Under the pieces are notes generated by a model. It did no database searches. It had not been told where the DNA came from and saw nothing but the letters and a program-made list of their open reading frames with translations. Source: Pseudovirgaria hyperparasitica (Eukaryota). Taken from it: a stretch of DNA of 64,000 nucleotides. Position numbers and translations under genes: made by a program. Positions 25,928 through 39,784 of the stretch are shown here, piece by piece; positions within the stretch are counted from its first letter, which is position 1; each line of letters opens with the position of its first letter. The stretch is taken from NCBI GenBank assembly GCA_010093815.1, contig ML996565.1. One strand, 5' to 3'.

Positions 25928-27198
25928 GTTTACGACTTATCGCGAATTCGTTTCAATATATAGTTTCGATAGGATCACAGTGATGGACCTGAAAGCCTTT
26001 TGGGCCACAACAGAGGCTTTTGGAGCTCAAATCGACAGACTGAGCCAAAGCCTTTAATTATCATGTTAGTAGTTTCTACTGTGGGCACAGCCAACCTATA
26101 GTTCGGGAATAATATAGACGCTCGGCTAGCTGTGTTATCTCCACAGCCTCATGCATGTATGCCTCGCCCGAGGTTAGGATTCCCTTGCGAAGCTAAGCGA
26201 CAAGTGTTTTCAGCCACGTTCTCGATGCTCGCTGACACGATGACTCCCGCTTTCGATGGTAGCGATTTGATACCTTCTTTCACCCACATCGTCAAGTGAT
26301 GTTGGTATACCATGTTCACACTTCTTTTCCTTTGAGTCTGGGACTATTATACCTCGTTCATCTTGCAATCTGTATGGCAAAGCCTCCGATCGCCCTCTTG
26401 TAGAGATCTCATCATAGAGTGCATATATGGTGGGGTAGGTGGGGTTCGCACGATGGATCCATGCAGGGTCCGACATATCCATCTAGGATCAGAGGTCACA
26501 TCGTATTCTCCACTGTCACGTTCAACTCGTTGCAAGAATCTTTATACAGATATTAAGAAAATGCGAGAGAACGCTTGACAAGACTTGACCAGAAATGACT
26601 TGACTCGAGATTTGTGTTCAATCTCGTCGTCTGTTTTCACCTAAATCCTGACTATCATTGATTGTGCTTGACGTCCATCTACAGCAATATAGCTGATGAT
26701 TGTTGAAAGGAGTTGACTTTCAGAGCACGTCACGATCTCTCGACAGACCGTTCATCGTGCTGTGACTCTCAAGAAGTGTCCCGCTTATTGTCGCAAAGTG
26801 AACCTCAAGCTGGTCTGTGCAGCTGCATATAGACTGGAGCTCCGCGATTCTGACAAGAGAAGCATAAGTACATGTAAAATTGCTGTATCAAGCTGATTCT
26901 CAGTCAAAACGCGCATTCTGCCTCACATGAACACCAAAAATCCATGGACACACGTAGGTATCATTCTATTATTTCCAATTCCTCGGGCAAGATTTCTGGG
27001 TTTACATGGATGTTCTTGATGGGATATGACCTCTATTTTTAATTTCACTCGCATGGCTTTCTTGGAAAGTTAACACCGCGATGGTACCATGATCATTGTG
27101 GCTGTTCACTTACGCGCTGCTACCCACATGATATTCACTTTTTTCGAAGTCTGTGCGTATATAATTAATTTAGTAGGTAGAGTTTTCATAACCCCAGG

Positions 27199-27322
27199 GG
27201 TAGGATAGTCTAGTGGTTAAAATACCAGACCTACCACTGAAGCAAAGCACCAGATGAAGGAGCTAAGTATCTGCAGGGGAGCAGAGGCGCAGGTTCCAGG
27301 GTTCGACTCTGGGCTTGAGCCT
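27199..27322 (+). ncRNA. Degenerate tRNA-like / Pol III-type element (pseudo-tRNA or SINE head)
   Basis: A-box-like TAGTCTAGTGG (27206), B-box-like GGTTCGACTC (27300), 3' end TTGAGCC followed by T-runs. The acceptor and T stems do not pair properly. Confidence 0.4.
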
Positions 27323-27736
27323 TTTGTTTTTCATTTTTGTCATTTTTGGGGTCATTTTCTTGAATCCGATTTTTAGTCGGTGGACTGCTTCGTTTAGTTT
27401 TATTCATCAGGAGAAGTGTCTTTCATCGATTAGAGACCGGGAATAGAACCCAATGATTCGAATAGGAGAATGACTGCTTGCAAAGTGGGAGTTTGCAAGG
27501 TAAAAAAAACGTGGTGCTTCATGACGGCGCCGTTCGACAAACTTTGGTTGGTCTGCTGTTAACGTCATTCGGGTCGTCCTTTCGTTGGTGAAGATATTTC
27601 CTATTAGATGTGAGTCCAGCCGAGTAAATTGAGGTTATACGATTCGAGTAGTCGTGAAGTAAGAATTAGATTCCCTACTCGAAGTCGGCTTCAATCAAGC
27701 TTTACGGGGGATACTCGTGTAATCACTATGCGTTTT

Positions 27737-27801
27737 GATCTGATAAAGCTAGAGAGATAAATATATAGATCTGATAAAGCTAGAGAGATAAATATATAGA
27801 T
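27737..27801. repeat. Perfect 31-bp tandem duplication
   Basis: GATCTGATAAAGCTAGAGAGATAAATATATA occurs twice in tandem, followed by GAT. Confidence 0.9.
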
Positions 27802-28106
27802 AGTGAGCTTGACAACCTGAGTGTATATTCTCCGAGTTTGCTGTGTTGATACAAGCTCTCTTCACTTTTTCTGTTAGCATTCTCTGAAATTCAAATACCT
27901 TGTCCCCTATATCCTTTTCGAAATGCCGGGAGCCAAGCTCGCACGATACCCAAACTCAGACAAGTACGACAAAGTTCTACCACATCCTCACATCAATACA
28001 ATATATCTTAAATGTCCTTTAAAAATCATTGCGAATAACCAACACATCTCAACAGCATATGAGTACATCTTCTTCCCCTAACCCTTATTAATACTTCCCT
28101 TCTCCC

Positions 28107-28712
28107 CTAGACATACTCTACTGCAAACACAACCTCGCTACACCCCTCCGGCGTAACCGGATCAACATGCATACTACCATACTTAACCACAACCCTATCC
28201 TGCGTTACCGGCGTATCCCCCTTACACCCATACGACGGCGCATTTTGGCTGACGCTCATATGACCCACAAACTGCTGCTCATTGCCCTGCCTGGTGTACA
28301 TCCCAAACGTCGGCGTGCCATTCTCCGAGCCCACAATACCGTATTGCGTAAACCCATTCCCATCCTGAGCACCGGTCGTAACGACGCTGAAATTAAAGCC
28401 CTGCGTCGGCGTGCCGGCGAATTGCAGCACGGCGCCGCCGGATTGGAGGTATAGCTCTGTGCCCTTGAGATACCAGGCTGGGGTGTTGGAGGAGAGTGGT
28501 GCGAGGGCGGCGATATCGTTGCCGGCGCTGATGTGGGAGAAGGAGAGGTAGGTGGAGTTGTCGAAGAGGGCTTGGTTTTCGCCAGTATTGAGCGCGCGGA
28601 GGTGGAAGCTGGGGGTGTATTTGGTGATGGTGTTGTCGGGGGGTGTGCTACCCTGGGGTGCTGGGAGGGCGGCGGCCAGGGAGGCGAAGAGGAGGGTTGA
28701 TGCGTGCTTCAT
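28107..28712 (-). CDS. Secreted protein of unknown function (201 aa)
   Basis: Signal-peptide-like start MKHASTLLFASLAAALPAPQ; intronless; C-ending codon bias; two C-terminal Cys. Confidence 0.75.
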   Translation of the reverse strand: MKHASTLLFASLAAALPAPQGSTPPDNTITKYTPSFHLRALNTGENQALFDNSTYLSFSHISAGNDIAALAPLSSNTPAWYLKGTELYLQSGGAVLQFAGTPTQGFNFSVVTTGAQDGNGFTQYGIVGSENGTPTFGMYTRQGNEQQFVGHMSVSQNAPSYGCKGDTPVTQDRVVVKYGSMHVDPVTPEGCSEVVFAVEYV

Positions 28713-28914
28713 TGTGTTTTTGTGGGAGTAGTTTTGGTATGGGTTTTGGATTGATTGGGGAAGGCTGTGAGGTTGGTGTGAGTAAAGGGATAATATATGA
28801 TTTCGTGGAGGGTGTCTTGTGTGCTTTTATACACTTGCAATCTTCACACACCAGTTTTTCGCACGCTCTGTCAAAAGTGTGCGGGGCTAAGCGAGCACGT
28901 GACGTGAAGGTTGC

Positions 28915-29728
28915 CGTCACATGACTACTTAGTCCTGAGCGACCATTAGGTAATGTGAAAATGACTATACCGTCATCACATGATGAGAATTACCTAATAT
29001 AGCCACCTGCTAAGCCACCTTGAGTGGCAGAGCGACGCCTAGAGCGGCTAGACCCATAACTAGCTTAGCTCGAATCATAGAATTTTCACTACATACCGGG
29101 GCCTTGTCCACCCTAATCCGGCTTAGCTCGCGCTTACTCCGGCTCGGCAACCACGAAACAGACGGTAATACCCAATCAAGTATCCCGCCCACCCATAGAC
29201 GATTACACAGCCCCGAAGAACAATTTCCGAATTCGGCCTAGCTGGGGTTAGTGCTAAGGCATGGACCTATTAGATATACACCCCCTCCGGCATTAGTCAT
29301 CTTAATTAATGACTACTGCCCGGCGTAAAGCTATATTCCCATGGATAGGAAAAAAACACGGTAACACAGGAATAAAAGACTAGGCCTAGCCTAGCGACCT
29401 ACCCAATCATAAGAAAGGTAATACCTACTATAGTTAGTTAGGGCGTTATTAAGAGCCGGTACTAATATAGTAATAAAAGCCTAATATAAGGATAAGAAGT
29501 AAGTTTATCACCTAATGGGATTCGAGGACTTAGACTAGGCCAGGTTAGGTTAGTAACAGGGTCTAGTCAGGGAGCTAATCACAGGAGGTTTTCTTGTATA
29601 CATAGCAGCCAATACTAGAGGAGGCCTGAGCCTGTGGAGCATATATATGGCTATATATATAGTTCTTCCTAGTTAAACACTAATATTATTATTATTATAC
29701 ACTTGCAATCACACTGTCCCATGTAACA
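28915..29728. mobile_element. Probable degenerate solo LTR / RIP-affected repeat relic
   Basis: Begins CGTCACATGA (TGTCAC-like) and ends TGTAACA. TpA/CTAG-rich interior with TATA-like tracts near the 3' end. No target-site duplication found. Confidence 0.4.
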
Positions 29729-31478
29729 ATACTTCTTGTAGTAGTGCTACGATCGACGTCATCTGGAGTTTAAGGGTACACTGTTGCATCAGCCTCAACG
29801 TTCCCATTTAATTCGAGGAAAAGCTTCGTGATCGGCGTTCCGCTAACTATGCTATTCAAGTCGATCTGTGGACCTATATGCATGCTTGATTGCTTTTGCG
29901 GCATCACGGTTCCTTCGGCAAGCCATTACTGTGGGACTCGATGGTATTGCAAATAGACCCTGAGCCAGTACGACGGGATTGGAAGGTCGATGGAAGCTTT
30001 TTACTCCATTGGGGGCTATGTATATATGGAGAAGCCTGACAGTTCAAGACGAGGCTGTTGCTGTCCTTGAGTAAAAGGTTTGTTTGGGACCGTTAGGTAA
30101 GGTTCAACAGTTCAAATATTACCCGATTCGGCAATTGGCCCCCACGCTTTAGCTCTTCTCTGAAGGTGAATGCATAGCGTTACAAGCAGTTTCAGAAGAA
30201 TCGTCATCGGCCATTCTTGTCATGTGAGGAATCAATCTGCGCACGAGTGGTGTTTAGTGTAACCGTCACCAATCCGCGTTTCTGCGAAGATACTATCATT
30301 TTTTCTCCTTCGTACATGTCCATGCCAATGGGATGTCTTGGTGATAACAGTTGTAGTACGAGAGCTTACCATGGAGAGACGATCACATTCTCCAGAGAGT
30401 AGTACGGACAGTAGAAAGGTTTTGTGTTCGCATATGACGTATATCGGTATGCAGGCGGCGCACTAGAAGCTTACTGACCTGCCCCTAAAATAGCAAACGT
30501 AGATGTTTATTTGGACAGCCAGCAGGCTTTCAATGTACGCTATTGATTTCGATGGAGGGAGCTCGCCCTCCAGGATCCTGGAGAACCCAGTATTCAGATT
30601 CCAAACGCCATCATTTTTTGATTGCGATGAGGGGATGTCGTGAAGGGACCTTGAGACGCTTGTAACCTTTGTCTTTACTCCTTCACGACGATGAAGCGGC
30701 GAATGCTGTCAATAGGAGGTAAGGATGTGCGAGCCGCAAGGCAGGAAGCCCATCTGGCAGCTATGGCGCTATGCACAGATGAAGTCGTTCTCCGCGTCTC
30801 GCTATAACCAGGCCGTGACGACGACTAGGCGATTTGCCGTCGTCAAGTTAAGAATGTTTCATCAGTGAGGCGTCTTCGAACGCTCCATTTTCGACACAAT
30901 ATGCTTATTAGCGAAAGAGGAATACAGATACAGGATGACAATCGGCGCCAAATTAAGCGTGTATATTTGAGTGATGCTGCGTGAGGTTATGAAGATCGTC
31001 CTAATGGTGTGAGCGAGCAACAGCACGTGTCAAGCGTCGGAGCCTGCGTATCGAGGTACGTCGGACAAATAGGACCGACACAAATGAGGGAGATTTAACC
31101 TCCTGAATAGATGATTAAAATGTGGATTACCCATTATACTAGGACTATACCATATATGTGACCGTTGAAACGCCAAAAAATGCAATCCGTAAGTCGTTGT
31201 ATCCGTAGAGTACATGTACATGCCATCTAGCTATGTGTGAGGTTGCGCCAATGTCATACGCCTTGGATTTAAAAGTTCAGACGCCAGATCCACTGATCAT
31301 AGACCGGAGATACCCAGGCTCGACATTGCGAAGATGGATGTCGGTAATTCAATGGCTTAATATTAATGGTGTGGGATAATATGCCAACGTAGACTCAATG
31401 CTGGGTAAGAGTATTCACAAGATTGGCGATTACTTGTGCAACGATTATCGTCAGCTGAGCATCCATCCTGACTCGAGT

Positions 31479-33290
31479 CTATCCAGACATGGCAAGATCG
31501 TCTCCAGAGTCATTCTGCCTTCTAGAATCGCTGGTCGAACGTCCAGCGCTGCCATCCAACACGAAAGGTCCGATGTCGTTCCTTGGAGTCATAGGGAAGT
31601 CTGAGTCGGGGAGACCACCGTCTGGTGATAGGTTACGTGTGCGGTTTCTGAATGCATTGACGCTGATAGTGACGGGTTCGCTGGTGCTGGTGGCTACCGT
31701 AGGTGGGATCTCAACGGGAGAATCCGTGTCATCGGACACGTGATGAGCATCACTGAAAGATAGGCCAACCATCACATCTAATAGACCATCCCCATCTGAT
31801 ACATCATTATCGTGTGCTTGTGTATCTGATGCGGTCATAGCGTGACTTGTAGTGGCACCTGGAGCACTGCTGGGGGAACTGCGAGTGTCGACACGAGGCA
31901 AGTTGTCTGCAACTGAAGTATCCGGCACCGCATTGATGGTCTCGCTGTGCATGTTTAGTGCGGCTGCTTCTACTTCGCTGTCGTCTGATTCGCTGAACCC
32001 GTTTGGCTCATCGACGTCAGCTTCAAGATCGGTGACAGCACGACAATTTGGACATAGAAACGTCGGAGCAGTTGGTGCCTGGAGAATGGGTCGGATGCAT
32101 TTGTAATGCCACACATGGGAGCATGGTGCGACGAAGAGAGATTGGCAAGGCTGATGGTAAAGGTCAGGGTCTGGGATATTTCGAAATTAATGATGATCTT
32201 CACGTACCGCAATCGACATCAGGCATATGGCGCACTCTGATGAATGAGTAGATGCTGCGTCGCTCTGCGTCTTGGCCTGATTGGTCTTGGCGAGATTTCG
32301 TAAGCGCTTGTGGGTTTGTTTACTGCGTGATGGTTAAATACGGCGACTTTGAGAGATCTTCGTGATTGATACATACTTGAAGTTGTTTAGCCCCTGTTGC
32401 CATCCTCGATTACACTCTATCCGGATTTTTACACATCTGAAAATCATCTCTTCTCCACCACGGAAGTCTATGCCCAGCTGCACTACGTCACCGTCCTTGA
32501 CCTCAAATGGCTTTGATTCGAGGCCAGGTTGGCTCAGGCGAATGTGGTTCAGAAAAGTCCCTGATGAGCTTTTGACATCCTTGATATACCAGCGATTGTC
32601 TTGAAACCAGAATTCGCAGTGTCGTCGACTGACCACTTTCGACTTGAAGCCAACCGGCGCAGATGATGGGACGTTCATGGGAACGTCGGGAAGATTGTCC
32701 CGTTCAGAGAATCGGCCAACATGGATAATGGCAGCGTCATGAGGGAGTGTGCGTGCAATAGGGTCGAATTGCAGCGAGGGACGGGGAGCGCGGGGATCGA
32801 CATGTCGAATGAAGCGAATGGAAGGGGGTTTTCTTGATTCATCAACCTTCTCAGTCTGCGCACCAGTATTGCTGTTCATGTTTGTAGCCGACGATGTGCT
32901 GCCGAGGGTTATACCAGCTCCAGTGCTTCCTGCTCTACTTCGCGTTATGCGCGTATTTGTGGTGTTTGCGGGGGTAGTATCACTTTGTTGCCTTCCAGTG
33001 GGCCGAGCTCCTCCTCTTCTTGTGGGTCCCATGTTGACGCCCGTGTTGATAGACAAGCTAGGTGTGCCTTCACTTGTTTCCGTTTGGCTGTTCTCCGCAC
33101 CTGAGGGGTGACTTCTTGATCTCTCTGAGGTTGGTCGAGAGCTCGCAGAGTGTGAATGAATATGGTTGTGTGTATAGTTTCGTAGGTAGCTCAGACCGCG
33201 CAGTCTGCTGGGTCGTGTGGGAGAAGACGGCGAGGCCTGGGAGGTTGATGTGGATAATGTAGGGGCTGGAGGAGCGGGCGTTGTGAACAT
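31479..33290 (-). CDS. DMA1: FHA + RING-H2 E3 ubiquitin ligase (Dma1/Dma2 family)
   Basis: FHA motifs VGRFSE, FKSKVVSRRHCE, DVKSSSGTFLN, LGIDFRGG. RING after splicing: CAICLMSIA|PCQSLFVAPCSHVWHYKCIRP...CPNCR. Confidence 0.93.
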
Positions 33291-34277
33291 ATTCTTCAGT
33301 GTGACGTGACGCAGGGTTTGTCAGAGTAGTGAAGGAAGATGATTGTATGGGGAGGTAGCCCGCTTGGTATTGGTTTATTAGTCGTAGCCGCTGGTTCGAA
33401 TAAAGCACGAGTGAGGCAGCGTGAGTGAAAGGTGGAGGTATGTAAGTTATGAGTTCTACGACGAGAAGAGGGGAGGCGGGAAGCGGCGATAGGGAACGAC
33501 TATCGGGGCTGTTCTGGTGAAGGTGGTGTTGTTTGTAGATCGGAGAGCAGTAATATATAGGCAATGTGATCGGGGCTTTTTGAACAGAGCATATAGAAGA
33601 CACGAGGAGTGTAATCCGGGGCTGGGAAGCGTTGTGAGGTTGTGTGAATGTGAGAAATGCAATAGACACAGCCGTAACGACGACGACGGCAAGAGAGGAG
33701 ACGCGGTGAGAAGTATTATCAGGGAGAGGGTGCCGCTCTCTTCGAATCAGATCCAGACCACCTACAGGGTTCTGTTGGTTGGGTTCTGGCCTGCCTGGGG
33801 TCCTCGGCCTGGGTGTGTGGTTCCAGTCCAGTGTCAGCGCCCTGCCCGCAGCTCGCCAAGTCCAGGCAGGTAGAGAGGGAGAGAAAGAATCGCAAGGCTG
33901 GTGGTGCGGAGAGAACAAGAGAATGCTGCACAATGATGTCGACGTTGCATTTGTCCGGACGAGTCGAAGTGAGAAGACATTAATATTTGTTACGTGCAGC
34001 GGGAAATAAACACAGACATTTGACACTCAGTGATTTATTATTGGATGCTTGTGGCTTGTGTATCGTGGCTAGTGCTTCGTGGCTTGTCACCGGTGGCTTG
34101 GCCCAGGCAGCATATACAGCCTCAGGCCACTTCTGCCTAGCACTGTGCCACTGTGCCACTGTGGCACGCGACGCCACGCTACATCAGAAATAGACCCGAA
34201 GATACCCCAATCCCCTGTCGTCAACTTTTCCCTAGAGTCGCCTTCATTCTCGACGGCATCGCTGTGCCCTACTTATC

Positions 34278-36088
34278 ATGTCATCCTCGCGTGCCTTGCG
34301 GGCTCTTCCCCGAAGGCTTCAAGGCTTGCCAAAGGCGCATCCATCACAGCAAACAGCCTCTACTCGGAGCCTTGCTACTATTTGCGTGGAGGAGAAGGTG
34401 TGTCCATGACTGAGATGACCCGAAAGGATATGAGACATCTAACTCGTGTTCAGGATCCAGCAGAGCTTGATCAGGTCACGACCCTTCCCAATGGTCTTCG
34501 TGTGGCGACAGAGGCCCTACCAGGTCATTTCGCTGGTGTAGGTGTATATATTGATGCCGGATCGCGGTACGAAAATGAATCACTACGCGGCGCAAGCCAC
34601 ATAGTCGATCGTCTAGCCCTGAAGTCGACGAAAGCACGTACATCGGACCAGATGCTCGAGTCAATAGAGTCGCTGGGTGGAAACATTCAGTGTGCTTCGT
34701 CAAGAGAGTCGTTGATGTATCAATCTGCGACCTTCAACTCCGCCGTACCCACAACTCTTGCCCTGCTTGCTGAAACCATCCGACAACCATTGGTGACTGA
34801 CGAAGAGCTGGAGTCACAACTGGCCACGGCCGAGTACGAGATTGGCGAGATATGGTCGAAGCCAGAGCTCATATTACCTGAGTTAGTGCATATGGCGGCC
34901 TACAATGGCAACACACTAGGAAACCCCCTTCTGTGCCCAAAGGACCGGCTCGACAAGATAAACCGGTCCACCATCGAGACCTATTTAAAGACTCTCTACA
35001 AGCCGGAGCGAATGGTAGTGGCATTCGCTGGAGTGGATCATTCGGATGCGATTAGGTTAGTGGAGGACTACTTTGGAGACATGAAGAATGGCGAAGGTCC
35101 CTCATTACCGAGCCCATCAGAATTACAAGCACATCTTGCATCGCTTCAAGGCCAGCCGTCAGACCATGCACAAAATCCCGCTTCCACCAACACGGCGAAG
35201 ACCTCAACTGGACTACCAGTCCAAGAACCGTCACGACTTCTCTCCAAAATCCCTTTCCTCAAAAACCTCTCGACCTCCGCCACGGTCAAAGCTTCCGTGA
35301 ATCCGCTCTTTGACATCTCTACTCCGACTCCAGACCAGCTAGCCGCACCATCTCACTATACTGGAGGCTTCCTCGCCCTGCCCACAATCCCCCCACCCAT
35401 GAACCCAAATCTCCCACGTCTCTCCCACATCAACCTCGCCTTCGAAGCCCTTTCCATCGAATCACCTGACATCTATGCCCTGGCGATTCTGCAAATACTC
35501 CTCGGGGGCGGTGGCTCCTTCAGTGCCGGCGGCCCCGGCAAGGGCATGTACAGCCGCCTATACACCAACGTTCTCAACCAGAACATATGGGTCGAAAATT
35601 GCGTTGCATTCAACAACTCGTACACCGATAGTGGCGTCTTCGGAATTTCGGCGTCCTGCATGCCTGGTCAGATACGTGAAATGCTTGAGGTCATGTGTCG
35701 TGAGCTGGACGCGTTAAGTCACGAACACGGTTACAAGGCATTGAAGGCACAAGAGGTGCAGCGCGCAAAAAACCAGCTGAGGAGCTCGCTCTTGATGAAC
35801 CTGGAGAGTCGCATGGTAGGGTTGGAAGACTTGGGAAGACAGGTGCAGGTGCATGGGCGGAAGGTCGGTGTCAAGGAGATGTGCCGCAAGATTGAGGAGG
35901 TCAGCATACAAGACCTGAGGAGAGTGGCGCGGGAAGTATTTTCTGGACAGGTGTATAACAAAGGGCAGGGGACTGGCGCGCCTACGGTAGTAATACAAGA
36001 AGGCGATATGGAGGGCCTGAAGAGGAAGGACTTCGGATGGCAAGAGATCCAGGAGAGGATCGCGAGACACAAGCTTGGCCGCCGATGA
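34278..36088 (+). CDS. MAS2: Mitochondrial processing peptidase alpha subunit
   Basis: Presequence MSSSRALRALPRRLQ from ATG 34278, intron about 34398-34453, then TTLPNGLRVA, DAGSRYE and the glycine loop GGGGSFSAGGPGKGMYSRLY. Confidence 0.95.
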
Positions 36089-36826
36089 TCATTAGCATAT
36101 GAGCTCGCTAGAAAGGCGCCTGTAATATATGTTACTGTAAATATTCACCTTTTATCTCTGACAAGGCCATTGTAAGATTTATAGACATTTTTTAAACTTG
36201 AGCCCTTGTCAACCTGACACCACATTCCACAGACAAGGCACTTCGGACTTGGCCATGCTCCTTATACGGCTACGAGGTATTTCTTCACGTAGGTGTACTT
36301 GAGCCCTTGTCAATCTCGTCATCAGGCTGTCAGTCATGATAGAGTAGCAGTTTTACAAATCCCTTTAACTTAGAGATCTTAGTATTGCTTTGGGTTCACT
36401 AAGGTGTGACACTGACATAATGATGGGATAGAATAGCGTACTTTGAGCGCAATGAGAATGTATGAGGTGAGTTCTTGCGGCTTCTTGCTTGGAAATTCCA
36501 GATAACGCAACCCTATTTCTTTCATACTGTCAACAAATGATAGGGTTAGTATTCGAGGGCTGAGGGAATTGGTATGAATACGGGCTAACGATTGTAGTGT
36601 TGCGCCTAATCCTAAAGTAGAATAGTAAGATCCATGAGTTCTGATATCTATGGGTCTCGCCCACTTGCCTTATCATTCAGTTGAGACAGTGCGCAAATTG
36701 AATGCCTATATAGATGTGGGATGGTAACAGCTGGCATGCGAATTTTGAACTGTTAGCCTAAAACGGTATCCTCGTCTCGTTTGGATTGTCACTGAACCTT
36801 CAAGCACGGTATTTAAACTAAGAAAC

Positions 36827-38899
36827 ATGGCAAATCTCTTTCATTTTGTCGTCCAATCCATTGTGACGACCGTTGTATTCGCGGCATTTTCACATGGATC
36901 GCGAACTGGGGCTCTGGAAGCCCATCTTTTGGATTCCAGGGGTGCGAACGATTTCGAGTTCTCCTTCCAGCAGGTCCTTGACAACCCGTTTCCATTCTAC
37001 TTTCCACCTGAAGACAAAGCGGAGACTCCAGACTTGTTTCCTATGCCAGACTGCCATGGCTTCGCATTGCAGGAGGCCACAATCGATCGGATGCAGGAAG
37101 CCCTAGACAATGGAATACTGACGAGTGTGCAGCTAGTCCAGTGCTACACACAGAGAATCATGCAAGTGGATGGATACGTGAAGTAAGTCGTCACATATTA
37201 TAATGGCGGTTCTTGAATAGGACTTCTCTCAAATCCTGATTCATAATGTAACATCCGCCGTTCTTGGGGATCGCGCTCAGCATCTTCGTGAAAGGACGAC
37301 TGGACACCGCGCTAACATGCACCAGCTCCGTCCTTGAAATCAATCCAGACCATATTGCTATAGCCCAATCTCTCGATGCTGAACGTGCTGCCGGAAATGT
37401 CAGGGGTCCTCTCCACGGAATCCCATTCTTGGTCAAGGACAACATAGCAACCAAGGATAAGATGGAAACAACTGTTGGTTCATGGGCACTTGTAGGCTCT
37501 GTGGTTCCTCGCGATGCTCATGTGGTTCACCTACTTCGTGAAGCTGGAGCTTTGCTTCTTGGCAAAGCGACATGTAGCGAATGGGCCGATATGCGATCGA
37601 CCAATTATTCTGAAGGCTACTCAGCAAGGGGTGGGCAAGCGCGGACTCCGTACAACCTGACTCGAAGTCCAGGGGGAAGTAGTTCTGGTAGTGCAGCAGC
37701 TGTTGCTGCGAACAATGTACCTTTCACTCTGGGCACGGAGACTGATGGGAGTGGTAAGCATTACTCGCATTCTGGGATCTATCATGGGAACTAATGGCGT
37801 ATGCCACAGTCATCGATCCGGCTTGGCGGAACGGACTGGTCGGTTTCAAGCAACGGTAGGGCTTACTTCGCGAGCTGGGTAGGTCTTGATCTGCACTGAG
37901 CAGTGGGATACATGCTGATAGTTCCAAGCGTCATCCCAGAATCAGAACACCAAGATACAATCGGTCCATTTACTCGCTCAGTCCGCGATGCCGTCTACGT
38001 GCTTGACGCAATCTACGGCCTCGACAGCCGCGACGATTATACGTTGGCTCAGTCAAATAAGACTCCCACCGGCGGCTACGCCCAGTTCCTGACTTCCAAA
38101 ACCTCCCTTCAAAAAGCAAAGTTCGGTATCCCCTGGTCGACATTCTGGACGTACGCCGCGGAAGAACAGAAAAAGTCTCTTTCCTCTTTGATCAAATATA
38201 TAGAATCTGCAGGCGCCACCATAATCAACGGCACTGAATTCCCCAACGCCGCAGAGACAATTTCGCCGAATGGTTGGGATTGGGCGTAAGCATAAACAAG
38301 GTCGATTCAACGAAAGCGAATACACCGTCGTATGCGTCGACTTCTACAATAACATCAACTCCTATCTGGCCGAGCTCACAAACACCCCAATCCGGAACCT
38401 GGCGGACATCGTGCAGTACAACATCGACAACGCCGGCGAAGAGGGTGGAGTACCGAATAACGAAGGACGAGGTCACCCGGCGTTTTACTCAGGCCAAGAT
38501 TCCTTCCTCGACAGTCTCGCCACCAGGGGCGTACGAAACGAGACGTATTTCCAGGCGGTAGACTATCTGCGGCGCTCTGCAGGGCTCGAAGGTATTGATG
38601 CGGCACTCGCCAATGGAGGGAGACGTGTGGATGCGTTGCTTGTGCCACCATCCGTAGGCCAGACCTATCAAGCTGCTGCGCAGGCAGGCTACCCAATGCT
38701 GACTTTGCCTGTGGGGGTAAACTCGGACAGCGGGGTTCCGTTTGGACTGGGGCTCATGGTGAGTGCGTGGGAGGAGGAAAAGCTGGTGAGGTGGGGTAGT
38801 GCGATTGAGGATCTGATTAGGAGTGATGAAGAGCAGAGATGGGGACGTAGATTGCCGAGGTGGTTTGAATACAGGGCGAGGAACGTGCCAGTGCTATAG
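36827..38899 (+). pseudogene. Secreted amidase-signature family protein, apparently frameshifted
   Basis: GPLHGIPFLVKDN, PGGSSSGSAAAVAA, LGTETDGS. The conserved KPTVGLTSRAG is broken by a 1-nt loss near 37851, and there is a second frame break near 38284. Confidence 0.75.
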
Positions 38900-39784
38900 G
38901 AGTATTATGAATATGAGAGTCTTCTAGGGTATAGAGCAGAGTTTTCAGCTTGGAAAACGCATATATCCTTCGGTAGCCCCTGGACTATGTACTATATATA
39001 AAATAAAATAATTACGAACCACAGTCTAAATGGAGAGACATCTGAAATCCACTAATCGTTGTCGGGCATTGGCTTTGACAGTAGTCTGACGAACCTCGAG
39101 CTGAGTAGAAAATTCAGTGCTACCCCTATGTGTTGCGATGGACTAGGTGACTCGACAGGGGCATCAATCATTAGGGGGGTATCAACTGGACGGACCTTCC
39201 GTGCTACCCGTAGTTACAAAAGGAATGAAGACGAACGATCCTTTCGCGCTGGTCTGGCGTCATCCGTTCGTCTGCTAACGAATGCTTGCCCTCTTCATCA
39301 CCAGCATCCTGCCTTATTCGCAAACTGTTTAATGACTAACTGACTGACTGAGTCTGCAATGAGACATATCCCATTTTATATCCCCGCTGCTATATGTGTC
39401 TGTCACAGCATTCCAGTCATTCACTAACTCTCAGTAATATAAAAATAAGATATATTACTTGGTAAGGTGATAGAGGTATAAGTATTTTAACATTCGCATA
39501 AGTGTTAAAGGTGTCGGCTCCAAAGTAGTTACGCTTGAAGGACAAGAGACAAACTTAAGTAAATGAGATGAACACAATCAATAAAATAATCTAAAACCTC
39601 ATGTAGTTGCTCAGATACTGATCTAACAATTAGTATCTTTGAGTAGTATGCGGTAAATATGACGACGATCTACTCTATGTAACAGTTATTGAAGTGTTAG
39701 ATGTTACTGCAGCATGTTTTGAGATCGTTGAATAATTTCGAATACTCAGCAATTAAACATACCGTTACTAAACGCCATCGGTTC

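Noticed and set aside
27737..27801. 31-bp repeat as a CRISPR-like array
   Set aside because: Only two adjacent copies with no spacer, in a eukaryotic context; a simple tandem duplication.
33070..34026. 318-aa minus-strand ORF upstream of and overlapping DMA1
   Set aside because: Non-ATG start, no recognisable motifs, out of frame with DMA1; it spans the DMA1/MAS2 divergent promoter and UTR region.
36196..36313. 17-bp direct repeat ACTTGAGCCCTTGTCAA, 101 bp apart
   Set aside because: Only two copies with no associated element structure; no function can be supported.
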